Below are positions 11,801 through 22,700 of a DNA stretch of 64,000 bases, piece by piece; within the stretch, counting starts at the first letter, position 1; every line of letters starts with the position of its first letter. Both the position numbers and the translations under genes were made by a program. The stretch covers positions 166,635,844-166,699,843 of the forward strand of contig NC_058133.1 in assembly GCF_016433145.1 (NCBI RefSeq), given 5' to 3'. The notes below the pieces were generated by a model that saw only the letters and a list, made by a program, of their open reading frames with translations, was not told the origin of the DNA and searched no databases. The stretch comes from Gracilinanus agilis. Taxonomy: Eukaryota.

Positions 11801-14800
11801 GGACTTAGGATCTAGAGTAGTGGTTCCCAAACTTTTTTGGCCTACCGCCCCCTTTCCAGAAAAAATATGACTTAGTGCCCCCTGTCACATACTATCACCG
11901 CCTTCTTACAGTTATTCACCGCCCCCAAATGCACCTGTGGCCATCACCGCTTCCCTGGATCGCTGCAGCACCCACCAGGGGGCGGTGGCACCCACTTTGG
12001 GAATCACTGATCTAACCCCTTCATTTCATAAATGGGGAAATCATAGTGTAGAGAAGAAAAGTGCCTTGCCCTAGTTCTCTTGCCTCCTATCTTATTAGGT
12101 TCCCTATGACTTTGTAAGACCAAGTTGCTCATCTTTGGGGTGGAGATTTCAATATAATCAGAACCGTTTACTACAATTATTTTGGACCAGGAGAATAAAA
12201 CCCTACCTACCCCATAGAAAAGGGACATCAGGGAATGTGACTCTTTTGCTCATTAAAACTGGAGCTACCTGATGCTCAGAACCCTGATTCCTAACTTATT
12301 CATGCACACAACAGGTGGGAGGGGCAGAAGAGAAAATGAACCCCACTCAAGATCAGGAAGAGTTATAAGAGCATCTCTTCTTGTTCTCTTTCCCCTGTAT
12401 TCCCTTCAGAGGGGAAAAAAAAAGGATTTAGGAATCCATGTGAAACACAGTGTTGCCTTAAGAAAAAATAATTATCATTATATACTGTTTTATGACAAAT
12501 CATTAAAAATCTCTTGACTTCAGTAGTGCCACCTTTGACATGGGGAATCATGACCCATGGTGCCCTCACCCTTTCAAGGATCATTAGATAGATGTGTATT
12601 TTGTGATTTTTGTTGTGAGAACACAGTAGAAACCATGGACATTATGATGGCGGTATGGTGTTTCTGGGAGAATGAAAAATTTATGGGGAATAGTTGAAAC
12701 ATTCTGTTTACCTTGGTGTGATGTAGATCAAAAATGATTTTGTTCTGCATAGATTCCTGGAGGCATCATTGAGGATTCCTGTGTCTTACGTGGAGTCATG
12801 ATCAATAAGGATGTGACCCATCCACGAATGCGGCGATACATTAAAAATCCTCGAATTGTGTTGCTGGATTCCTCCTTGGAATATAAAAAAGGAGAGAGCC
12901 AGGTGAGAGCCATGGTTAAAGCTAATGGGAAAAGGAAAATCTATCAAGGGCAAGAAGATAAGGGAACAGAGGTATCATCTTGGACTTTGGAGGATGGTCT
13001 TAGATAACTTCACTCTTCATTTACATCCCACAGGAGGCCAGAATAAAGATCCTCTAAGGAAGAGTTTCTCTATCTAGTACCTTAATCTCTAAGGAGGGGA
13101 CCATTGTGTCCCACTGTGGCAATGGCATTAAGCAGAGAGGGAAGATGGTTTCTTGTCACCACCCTTCAATAACCAATTTAGAGGCTTGATTCAAACAACT
13201 ACATCTACCCTTTACCCATTTTAGCCCAGAATTTTCACATTTTACTGCTTCCTAAATCCAGATAGATTTTCAAACACAAACACGCATCCCTTTTTTTTTA
13301 TTTTTTATTTTCCCCTTTTTCTGAACCAGGTGTCAGCCCCCACTAGTAGCCTAATGCCTACCAATAGCTGTAGGAAAGGAACTTAGTGGTGCTAAACAAA
13401 CAAATTCAAACTCTAAAGAAGATTGGAGGGGGGAGGTGTTGGGCTTTTGTTTAAGGGGAAGGATGATGTTACCTGAGGTTTTTGGAATGAAGCATATGAT
13501 AAATGCGGCTCTAGGGGCCCATGCAACTGCTTGACCTTGCCTTGTGCACTTGTCTGGAGAAGAGGTAGAGGTAGAAGATGGTGTGGCAGAGAATTCTGCC
13601 TCTAGAGAATCTAACTGGTTAAGCAACTGTTTGCCCGGATTCCCCCTTCCTATAGACAGATATTGAGATAACTCGAGAGGAAGACTTCACCCGGATCCTG
13701 CAAATGGAAGAAGAATATATTCAGCAGCTTTGTGAGGATATTATTCACCTCAAGCCTGATGTGGTCATCACAGAAAAGGGCATCTCAGGTGAGCTGGGAT
13801 CATTCACTTTTGGAATAGTTGGGGTGTATGGGGGGCATTATCATTAGGTTCAGTCTTTCCTCTCACTGAGAGTAGAGAATATTAAAATGGTCTATCAAGA
13901 GGAGAAGCCAGGATTTGAGAACAGGAAGGCTGTTTCCAGTTTGACATGTCTTGCAATTCTGCTTTGTAGATTTAGCTCAGCACTACCTCATGCGGGCCAA
14001 CATCACAGCTATCCGCAGAGTCCGGAAGACAGACAACAACCGAATTGCCAGGTGAGTGTGTGCCAGTAAGATCATCTGCTTCTGCCTTCCTACTCTAATC
14101 TGGGTTCTAACATGTCTCTGATGTAGCAGCAAACACTATTTACCTAAAGAGAAGTTAGGTACAGTTAGCTGCATGTATCTGGGCTACCTCTGCCCAGCAA
14201 GTGTGTGCTTAAAAATGACACCTATTTTAATATTTGCTTAAGTAAACATAGGATAAATCTGCCAGAATTATCATGTTTTACATCACAAAGTTAAGTTGAA
14301 ATGTTCAGAGGTTTTGGTTTTCTATGCCATCGCTTTCTTCTAGTATATTTAATTAAGGGATTGTTTGTGTGCATGTGCTTAAATACATACTTGACTCTTG
14401 ATTATCTTGTTTATGGGTGAGAAGAGAGGGGTGGATGAAATAGATGACTTAGAACTGGTTTTCATTTGTTTTTGTAAAATAGTCAGATACAGTGGTACTT
14501 CCTGTCACTCTTCTTCCCTCCCCCTAATCTTAACTGATCCCAGACTTTTCTTCTCTCATACCCCTACTGTTGGTTCTTAATCCTGAATGGACAAGTTAAG
14601 AAGAAAATAGATAATCACATGTATATATAGATGTATATGTTGAATGCTTATTAAACCTCATTGGGATACAATGGGTATAAATTCCTTGGGAAACTACCAG
14701 TTGCTTCATTCTTTATACTTTTATCCTCAACAAAATAAACTTTGAATTTGCCATCATCTTAGCATCTAATTACAATAAAGAGTAATCACCATTGCCTCAA

Positions 14801-17393
14801 ATTTATGTTTTGGACCGCAGCTTTTCTGAGGAACCATATTTCTCTATTCAGGCCTAATATTCATAAACCTATCTTTTGCAAAAAGATATTAAATTGAATC
14901 AAGAATGAATTGCTCATTCTTGAGTCCAGTGGGGTCTTCCAGTTGACAAAGAAGCATTTCAGCTTTCCAGCTTAGCAGCTTGACTTCGCAGCTGTTCTGT
15001 TCTAATGCATTCCTGGAGTCTGACATTCCAGAGGATGAGAGAGAGGTAAAGCATTTCTAAAAATATTGGGTTCCCCTTGCAGGGCCTGTGGGGCCCGGAT
15101 TGGCAGCCGACCAGAAGAACTTAGAGAAGATGACGTTGGGACTGGTGCTGGCTTATTTGAAATCAAGAAGATTGGAGATGAATACTTTACTTTCATCACA
15201 GAATGCAAAGATCCTAAGGCCTGCACCATTGTCCTCCGGGGGGCCAGCAAGGAGATCCTATCGGTGAGCCCTGTTACTTTCCTGTAGGTTGTAAAACCTA
15301 CCTTAAATGCCTTGCTGCATCCCTTTATAGTAGACTTAAGTTTTCTTCCCATGCCTCCCTTATTTTCCCAATTGAAGTGATATAATAATAGTTAACATTT
15401 TTGTAGTGCTATAAGATTTGGAAGGTACCTTTACACCTGTTATCTCTTGTTCCTTGGGACACTTTATAAAAGAGGAAACTGAGGCTAATAGGCTAAGTGT
15501 TACCTAAAAAGTCATACAGCTGATAAGTTTTGATAACCTGATAATGAGAATTTGAACTCAGGTCTTCCTGACTCCTAAATCTAGCATGATTAATTAGCAT
15601 TCCACCTTCTACATTCTGTAGAAACTTTCCCACAGTAGCATGAGATAAAATGAAATACCCTTCTTATGAATTATACATAAAATAGAGAAAGGGAAGAAAT
15701 TACTCAGAATGCAGAAAAACCTGGAGAACTTGAACCATGAAGTAAAGGAATTAGAATTGTTTAGCCTTGAGAAAAAAACTAAATTTATTTCTAAATTGCT
15801 TTTCTCTAGTGGGGGATTTATTAATCTGATCTTTCTCTTCAACAAAATCTGCTTTGGGACAACCTTTCTAAGCCGGTGTGTATATTAGCTCTCCAAAGAT
15901 GAGAAATGTTTTTGTCCTAAGTAGTGCTTGGCAGATTGAGTTGTTAAGCTTTTTGGGAAGGAGAGACTACAGAATGAAGATTGGAAGAGTTTTCTTAACC
16001 ACATGGCTCTCAAGCAGGATAGCCTCTCTAGACTGATGATTGTCCCAGTTTTCATCCCTCAGGCATACTTTTTGGCCATTACTGATCTTGACAGCATGTT
16101 CTGTGTATCTAACTTTATGGCATCTATCCTGTAATTTTGCCAGCCTAGGAAAAAAGAAATGTATAATCCAGGGAGTTAGAGTTGTATGCATGTGCACTGG
16201 GTCAGCAAGCATCTTAACTCTTGTTTTTCATTTCTTCCCCCAGGAAGTGGAGCGAAACCTCCAGGATGCCATGCAGGTCTGCCGGAATGTTTTTCTCGAA
16301 CCTCTGCTGGTCCCAGGAGGTGGGGCCTCTGAGATGGCCCTTGCTCATGCCCTGACAGAAAAATCCAAAGCCATGACTGGCATTGAGCAGTGGCCATACC
16401 GAGCTGTAGCCCAGGCCCTAGAGGTCATCCCTCGTACCCTTATCCAGAACTGTGGGGCCAGTACCATCCGTCTACTCACTTCCCTTCGGGTAAGTCCCCA
16501 TGCCATTCATCAGTGGAAGAGAGCTTAAATTACATCTTTCCTATGCTTTTGGGGCCCACATCCTGCTCCCATAAAATTCCTTCTTCTTTCAACCCACTCT
16601 CAATTTGTCTGAATCTTTTTCCTTCCCATTTTCCCTCAACTCCCTTCTAAGTTCTTCTGCCCAGTTCTTTCCTTTAATGTCTTAAAAATGCCTCTTTCAG
16701 TTATTTCCCAACTTCCTGTACTGCCCCCAGTTTTCCAAAACCCTGAGAGAGGAATCTCTTCCCTGACAACTTTACAGGCCAAGCACACTCAAGAGAACTG
16801 TGAGACCTGGGGTGTGGATGGTGAGACGGGAATCTTGGTAGACATGAAGGAGCTGGGGATCTGGGAACCACTTGCTGTGAAGCTTCAGATCTACAAGACT
16901 GCAGTAGAGGTGAGGACCCTAGAATCAGGCAAAGCTATGCCTCCCCTGAGCAGGGCAGGCTCAAGAGGACTAACTCCAGGTCTTTTCATTTGCATTTACT
17001 TTGTAAACCCAGCAGGTAATGTTCAGAGGATGGGAAGCAAAGGAAAATGTTCATGGGAGCTAGCAGGGTGTCAGCCTCAAAATTGAGTTAAAAATTTTTT
17101 TAAGTTGAGCAGAAGAACAGAGTACAAGCTATCTATCCCCCCCTGTAGAAGTCGACTGGGCACAGTTTATAGAATGCAGGAGTTCATTTCAAATGGTGGG
17201 GTGATGTCAGGGGAGGGGAAGAGGTCCAGGGAGCCAGTCACCTCCTTTCCCACCACTGATCTCTTGCATTTTGGTTCTCTTTTCCCAGACGGCTGTCCTG
17301 TTACTTCGGATTGATGACATTGTCTCAGGCCACAAAAAGAAGGGTGATGATCAGAATCAGTCAGGTGGTAAACCTGATAGTGGGCAGGAGTGA
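2352..17393 (+). CDS. CCT3: T-complex protein 1 subunit gamma (CCT/TRiC chaperonin), complete 14-exon CDS, 545 aa
   Basis: Spliced translation [26 protein letters not shown]...GDGTTSV...GGGASEM...DSGQE*. Exons 2352-2382, 3761-3822, 4519-4569, 4660-4722, 5042-5138, 6635-6752, 10658-10844, 12753-12902, 13656-13788, 13970-14051, 15083-15263, 16244-16489, 16778-16909, 17289-17393 total 1638 nt; all GT-AG; chaperonin GDGTT ATP-binding motif present. Confidence 0.99.
3761..3822 (+). CDS. CCT3: CCT3 exon 2
   Basis: ttcag|GT CAG AGT...GCC AAG|gtacc; [21 protein letters not shown]. Confidence 0.96.
4261..4456 (-). mobile_element. SINE1_Mdo-type tRNA-derived SINE
   Basis: Reverse complement gggggcagctgggtagttcagtggattgagagcc...; TSD aagttatat on both sides; tail carries (TA)n. 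Confidence 0.9.
4519..4569 (+). CDS. CCT3: CCT3 exon 3
   Basis: atcag|ACT ATT GCA...ATG AAG|gtgag; [17 protein letters not shown]. Confidence 0.97.
4660..4722 (+). CDS. CCT3: CCT3 exon 4
   Basis: ttag|ATG CTT TTG...CGA GAG|gtttg; [21 protein letters not shown]. Confidence 0.97.
5042..5138 (+). CDS. CCT3: CCT3 exon 5
   Basis: ccag|ATT CAA...CTT G|gtaag; contains [11 protein letters not shown]. Confidence 0.97.
5765..5869 (+). mobile_element. 5'-truncated SINE1_Mdo-type SINE
   Basis: cagctgtgtgaccctgggcaagtcacttgacccccattgcc...; A tail; TSD aaact(t)aatgaca. Confidence 0.85.
6112..6283 (-). mobile_element. SINE1_Mdo-type SINE (older copy)
   Basis: Same consensus blocks, reverse orientation. 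Confidence 0.8.
6635..6752 (+). CDS. CCT3: CCT3 exon 6
   Basis: ttag|CT GGA GAA...ATC AG|gtatt; [38 protein letters not shown]. Confidence 0.97.
8362..8558 (-). mobile_element. SINE1_Mdo-type SINE
   Basis: Consensus blocks; TSD cata(g/a)gctctt. Confidence 0.9.
8730..8897 (-). mobile_element. SINE1_Mdo-type SINE, partial
   Basis: gtgacttacccagggtcacacagctaggaagtgtctgag core and T-rich tail. Confidence 0.75.
9380..10480 (-). mobile_element. Decayed LINE-2 fragment interrupted by a SINE
   Basis: L2-like purine-rich blocks (gaaggccttgtgtagaagg; tttgaaatgtccaataggcaactgg); boundaries approximate. Confidence 0.6.
9748..9960 (+). mobile_element. SINE1_Mdo-type SINE
   Basis: ggggcagctaggtagctcagtgg (A box), gggttcaaat (B box); TSD aa(g)gcactgagaag. 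Confidence 0.9.
10658..10844 (+). CDS. CCT3: CCT3 exon 7
   Basis: ccag|T ACC CCT...GAA AAG|gtaat; TPVDINN...RWSSLAC...KVEK. Confidence 0.96.
11400..11611. mobile_element. Old hAT/Charlie-type MITE
   Basis: Termini agtagttctcaaact...tttgaaagctgctg resemble the CAGTGGTTCTCAAA TIR; internal aaaattatt...aagaactt..gttt blocks recall Charlie-family MITEs. Confidence 0.55.
11818..12009. mobile_element. hAT MITE, 192 bp, CpG-retaining
   Basis: TIRs tagtggttcccaaa / tttgggaatcactg (12/14); flanks atctagag / atctaacc; repeated caccgcc subterminal motif. Confidence 0.85.
12753..12902 (+). CDS. CCT3: CCT3 exon 8
   Basis: atag|ATT CCT GGA...AGC CAG|gtgag; [28 protein letters not shown]...KKGESQ. Confidence 0.97.
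13656..13788 (+). CDS. CCT3: CCT3 exon 9
   Basis: atag|ACA GAT ATT...TCA G|gtgag; [21 protein letters not shown]...EKGIS. Confidence 0.97.
13970..14051 (+). CDS. CCT3: CCT3 exon 10
   Basis: gtag|AT TTA GCT...GCC AG|gtgag; [28 protein letters not shown]. Confidence 0.97.
15083..15263 (+). CDS. CCT3: CCT3 exon 11
   Basis: gcag|G GCC TGT...CTA TCG|gtgag; [23 protein letters not shown]...RGASKEILS. Confidence 0.97.
16244..16489 (+). CDS. CCT3: CCT3 exon 12
   Basis: ccag|GAA GTG GAG...CTT CGG|gtaag; [16 protein letters not shown]...PGGGASEM...LTSLR. Confidence 0.97.
16778..16909 (+). CDS. CCT3: CCT3 exon 13
   Basis: acag|GCC AAG CAC...GTA GAG|gtgag; [15 protein letters not shown]...YKTAVE. Confidence 0.97.
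17289..17393 (+). CDS. CCT3: CCT3 exon 14 (terminal, to TGA)
   Basis: ccag|ACG GCT GTC...CAG GAG TGA; [21 protein letters not shown]...GQE*. Confidence 0.97.
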   Translation, partial: TAVLLLRIDDIVSGHKKKGDDQNQSGGKPDSGQE

Positions 17394-17593
17394 GGAAACA
17401 TAAGAAATAGCCCACAGGACCAGCAGGTTTTCCATCCCTTCCCCGAGCCAGGCTGCCAGGGCAAACATGGATGTCTTTGGTGGAGATTAGGTTGAGAGGC
17501 CTCTCTCAGCCTCTTTCTGCCCCAGCTCAGTTTGCAAAAGGCACTGACATGTAATTCCTATTGTAAGCTTTCCATTTAAGTTTGCTTCCGATG

Positions 17594-17599
17594 ATTAAA
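17594..17599 (+). terminator. Probable CCT3 polyadenylation signal ATTAAA
   Basis: ATTAAA about 200 nt after the stop, followed by GT/T-rich sequence. Confidence 0.7.
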
Positions 17600-19009
17600 A
17601 TCTCAGTCATTTGAGACTCCAGTTACTCTGTGTTCTTTTTAGCCTAGTTAATACCACTGCCTCTAGGGTAGAAATGTTGGGGGAACATAATACAAGAAGA
17701 AAGTGGAAGTACCACTGTTGTGTTCTTCCTATTTTCCCAAAAGAACATAATCTGGTATCAAAGGTGTTTCCCCACAATTCATCTGGGAAGGATTAAATTG
17801 GTGGTGTCACAAAAATTAGGAACCACTCACTGTTTGAATTCAGTATCCCAAGTCAAAACTAAAGGAGTTTGACTAAAACATGGGTATTCTTCAGCTGGGA
17901 TTGATTGTTGGCTGGCTATAGCTCACATTTATATGACTGATATTTGCAAGGTACTTGACCTACATTCTTCCATTTAATCAGTCCTCACAACTCAGTGAAA
18001 TAGGTGCTACACATATATGCAAAAGATAACATGTGCAGGGTCTTCTCTACCTTTCTTTGGGTGAGGGTACTTAAGAATCTTAACTAGTTCAAATTATCCA
18101 CCTTTGCCTCCTGCCCAGAATATTACCTTCCCCACCATCTTCCTCATCACTTTTGTATTTAGGAAATTTTCTATAATAAAAAGGAAGTTAACCTTAAACC
18201 TCCTTCTTAATCATCATTAGATTCCATATTCCAACCCAGTCTGTTTTTATTTGGTCTCTAATTCTTGTGTCTTTCCTATAGGACAGTGAATAGAAAGGGC
18301 ACAAATGGAAGTTTGGCCATGAAACCAAGAAAATGAGAGTATTTTGAGGAAACTGGGTTCCTGAGACTAATTCCTAGCTAGCTAGAGAACTTTAGATATT
18401 CACTCTCCTCTACCATAGACACAGGAATTATTGTGCCAAGAGACTATGAGGCTTCCAAGATTACAAAGTCAAGAAGCCAGTGCTGTAACCCAGATCTCTT
18501 TATTCCTATTCTAGAACTAAGCCCTTGGCCCAAATAATCTTTTGTTGCCCTCCCCACGTTGAAATCTTACTCCAATCTTTTATATTTTTAACCAATTAAA
18601 AATCACTGTGTTCAACTAGGTAGTAATGGGAAGCAAATTAGTCAAGTTATCCTTAATTTTTTTTCCTGTGTTGCTTCCTCTTGGCTCCTGGGCCTTCTAG
18701 TTTCCTTTTTGCCCCTATGTTTCACAAATTTAGTCATCCTAGTCCTTGATAGCTATAAAGCTTCTTTGCTCATGAAAAGTTAAGAGGTATTAAGAGGAGG
18801 TTGGGGGGAGGGGAAAGGTTGAAGCAAAACTTGGGGTACAGTGATATGTATAAATTCTGGAGGCCTAAATCCTGTCTGCCATCCATCCTCCTGGCATCTC
18901 CTACCTCATAACCACCTTTTCCCCTTTCCTCTTCTAGGGTCTCTAAATAAGAATTGCTTATCTTTTGCTAAAACATCTATTTTCTTGGGCTGTTAAAGAT
19001 TTACTGAGC

Positions 19010-19177
19010 GGGGCAGCTGGGTAGCTCAGTGGATTGAGAGCCAGGCCTAGAGATGGGAGGTCCTAGGTTCAAATCTGGCCTCTCATACTTCCCAGCTGTG
19101 TGACCCTGGGCAAGTCACTTGACCCCCATTGCCTACCCTTACCACTCTTCCGGAAGGTAAGAGTTTAAAAAAAAAAA
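19010..19177 (+). mobile_element. SINE1_Mdo-type SINE
   Basis: Near-consensus head with A/B boxes and A tail. Confidence 0.9.
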
Positions 19178-19336
19178 ATTTACCGAATTCTTAGGGCCTT
19201 AACCAGAGAAAAAGATTATTTCTCAAAACAGATTGCCTTCATTTTTAAATTTTTTGTTTTTAAATTTAATTTAGTTAAATTAATGATCTTAATTATTTTT
19301 TAAAGGTTAGGCATATTCCCTTTCTTCCCACCCCTT

Positions 19337-19578
19337 TGTCTTAGAGCTAATTACTACAAGTTGTAGGATTAAAGTTAATATAGATTTATTAATAATTACT
19401 TTAAGTAAAAGAAATAAAAAGACAAAAGTAAAAGCCTGAGTAAAGCCAGCTTTCCTGGCCCCCCACGCAAGAGAAGAGAGCAAAGGCAGGGTTACACACA
19501 ACTTACTTACAAAACATAAGAATATAAAGTGGGGAATGTAAATTCAAGGAATTCTGGGGAATGTAGTCCTGGGGTACA
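19337..19578 (-). mobile_element. Solo LTR (related to the copy at 55474)
   Basis: Minus strand begins tgtaccccaggactacattcccc; shares ctttactcaggctttta.ctttt and attattaa.aaatct blocks; AATAAA present; ends ...aagaca; boundaries approximate. Confidence 0.65.
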
Positions 19579-20126
19579 CAATTCTATTTACACAAAGTTA
19601 AAAGTACATGAGACCTCCAGAAGAAATGAGTGGGGCTGGTTAGGTTCCCTCACATCTGTTTTTTCTATTCCTTCCCATTCTTACTGTCATTGTTACACTC
19701 AAGGATTCCTTCTTACAGCTTCCCTGCTTCCAATCTCCCCCTCTTCTGAAAAACTATTCTGCATATCATCAGATTAGTCTTAATCTAGCTTCACTCTCCT
19801 TATTTATGAAATTAAAATGTAATGCCAACCTGGCATTTAAGACCTCCCCCATTAGACTTCCCTGTCTGGGTGAAGGGGGTGGGCCTCACCTGTAGTGTGA
19901 GGGTGGCAGTTTGGACACTAGGATTCTGAAAGGTTTGCCATCACTCATAGGACATGGGGCTGTCTGTATTGCTCGGTCATCAGACTAGAGCAAGGACTGA
20001 AATCTAGACTCAGTGTTCTCCCCAGTATACCTGCCTTTGAGTGCAGGTTCCCAGTCTTAAACTTCTTAGTATCTCTTCCCTTAGGATTTAGTAATCAATA
20101 AGCATTTATTAAAAATGCCTACTATA

Positions 20127-20295
20127 GAGGAGCAGCTAAGTGGCACAGTGGATAGAGTACCAGGTCTAGAGTTAGGAGGTCTTAAGTTCAAATTTGGCCT
20201 CAGATACTTCCCATATGTGACCCTGGTAAGTCACTTAACTATTTGCCTAGCCCTTGCCTTTCTTGTTACTTAAGAAGATAAGAGTTTAAAAGATG
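20127..20295 (+). mobile_element. SINE inserted into an L2 3' tail
   Basis: A/B boxes; degenerate 15-nt TSD aaaatgcctactata / aaaatacccactcta. Confidence 0.8.
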
Positions 20296-21840
20296 AAAAT
20301 ACCCACTCTATGTATGTTCTAGCCCCTACAATCCCAGCTCTCAAGGAAGTAAGATTCAACTGGCAAATTGACATTTTCATTGATAATATAAAATATATCA
20401 AATACTATATATATTGAAGAGGCAATGAACCATAGTAGATAGGGAGTCAACCTCATAACCAAATAATTGGGTTTCTCTGGGCAAGTCACTTCTGTATGCT
20501 CTAAGCAACTCTAATAGCAGAAGAGATGGCAACCTGCTCTGATAACAAGCAGTTTCTCTGAGTTTCCTTTACCAATAAAGTCACAACAGAGTAAGTATTG
20601 CCATCACAAAATTTGAAAGTTGGAAGGAACCTCAATAGCCATCACATCTGGGAAGAAGAATCACTGCCAGGAAATTTTGTCTTGGGTGCAATTCATGAAA
20701 TGAATGATAAGGAGCAGAGGACTCAAAACAGTATAGAATTGAACTGGTTCACCAAAGGGTCAAGATGAGACAGAGGAAAGAGTGGCTAATGCAGGAGTGA
20801 TGACCTGGAAGAGAAAGGAGGCACAGTGTGGAAAAAGTAGGCTTTGCTAAGGGAAGGCAGGAGAAGACATGCAAAGTCCAAAGATGACACTCAGATGATG
20901 TCCTATCCCAACTCTCCACAGATCCTCGTTTCCAAAGCTTTTCAGACCTCCCATGGTTTCCCTCCCCAACTCTCAGCTGAGAATCTTGCCTTTTTGTTTA
21001 TAGAATAGAGAGAGAGAAATAAATTAAGCCATTTGCCAAGAGTTCTCCCTTTTCTCCTCTTCCCCATATCACTAAGTTGCTTTCTATTACTATCTCCACC
21101 CCTGGCTCACATAAAAAAGTGGCCCTATTCCTGGCCAAGGCTAACCCCTTTAAGTGATCCCATTTCATCCCATCACCACTTGCTCCCTCTATCATTACTA
21201 TCACTTATCTTAAATCCACTGACTTTTTAAAATTTTAATTGATTTAGAATACTTTTCCATAGTTACATGACACTGCCTTCTAATATCTACAAACATGCTT
21301 ATGTCTCCCCCATTCTCAAAAAATTCCCTTGATCCTTCTGTCCCTGATAACTATCATAACTCTCTCCTGCCTTTTTTGCCAAATTCCCTGAGAACATTTC
21401 TTGAATATACCCCACCCTTACACCTGAACTAACTTGTAATAACTTGCTAGGGTCAGCCTAGCTCCCAGCTCTCCCCACTTCAATCTGCTCTCCATTGGGG
21501 CCACCAAATCAATTTTCCTAAAACAGTGTTGGGCAATATTGTCCTACTCAGTAGGCTTCCTATGGCCTCCAGAAACAAATATAAAATCAAACCATCAGTT
21601 TGGCCCTCAAAGCCCTTCTTTTCCAGTCTGTTTACACCTTACTTCTTGCCAAGTGACCAGTGACCCTAGAACAAGGCATTCCATCTGGGCTCCAGGTGCT
21701 TTCTTTGGCTGGAACATCTCTACCTCCTGGCTTCCTTCATGTCCCAACTAAAACGCCACCGACTACAGGAAGCTTTCCCCAGTTCCTCTTCATTCTAGTG
21801 CCTTCCTTCTGTTAATTACTTCCTAGTTTATAACTCAAAC

Positions 21841-21975
21841 GGCTGTGTGACTAGGCAAGTCACTTGTTTGCCTCAGTTTCCTCATTTGTACAGAAAAGGC
21901 AAACTACTCCTAGATCTTTGCCAAGAAAACTCTAAATGGGGCCACAGAGAGTCGGACAAGACCAAAAAAAAACGA
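21841..21975 (+). mobile_element. MAR1-type CORE-SINE fragment
   Basis: CORE block followed by the RTE-like tail atctttgccaagaaaac...ggggccacagagagtcggac. Confidence 0.7.
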
Positions 21976-22139
21976 GAGGACGACTCTCCCGTCTGCCTTT
22001 GCTTAGAGTCAGTAGACTCACTCTTCCAGCTTTGGTTTCAAGGCTTCAGACTGGGGATGGGAGTAGTTCTGCTTCTCTAACCATTCAGGAGTTCTAATTC
22101 AGAAGGGGGATGGGGGGCTTCACCCTCCACGCCCAGCTT

Positions 22140-22700
22140 CCCTTTCCCTCTGCGGGAGGTACGGAATCAAGAGAAGACAAGCGGCCCCTTTAAGAGGCAG
22201 CCTGCGCTTCCGCCCTTTAAAGGGCTTGGCGGCAGCCGGCGCGAATCACATGACGCGAGATCCGGGCTGCTGAGCCGCTGCGGCAGCGAAGGCATGCACT
22301 GGGAACCCCCCAGGGCCCCGGGGGTCTCTGCCCTCTGCAGTCCTCTCCTTCTCTTCCAGTGCCTGCTACTGCTCCGAGCCCCAGCCAGCTTGCTTGGGGA
22401 CCAGACCCGCCGGGTGAGGGATGCCGGGAGAGATTCGGGGGCGCCCGAGATAGGGCGTCGGGGAACGAGTGAATGAAAAGGAAAGGGGGCTAGCGAGGTC
22501 CTGGGGAAGAGGGGGATCCTAGTCGGGGTAGTGTGAAGACTTCCAGCCCTAGCCTGCCCCGGAGGCCGTGACTCAACTCCGAGTGGCTAGAGTACTTTGC
22601 CCACTTCTCTGCCTGGTTTCTAGGGCCGGCCGTCCCACCCTCCTAGTTTTAGTTCTCCAGGACTTGGGGAGGCCGCGGGACCTAGATTCTCCAGCCGCTT
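22140..22700 (+). promoter_or_regulatory. GLMP CpG-island promoter with M-box/CLEAR-like E-box
   Basis: CpG-rich; ATCACATGAC at 22245-22254 (reverse complement GTCATGTGAT), 40 nt upstream of the ATG. Confidence 0.8.
22294..22413 (+). CDS. GLMP: GLMP exon 1 (signal peptide)
   Basis: ggcATGCAC...CGC CGG|gtgag; [40 protein letters not shown]. Confidence 0.9.

Noticed and set aside
16035-16086. C/D-box snoRNA candidate (ctgatga...ctga) in CCT3 intron 11
   Set aside because: Non-canonical C box, only about 50 nt and no terminal stem
16040-17086. ORFs of 162 aa and 132 aa with novel N- or C-terminal extensions
   Set aside because: They are CCT3 exons 12 and 13 with flanking intron that happens to be open. 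The same applies to ORFs overlapping other CCT3, GLMP and SMG5 exons.
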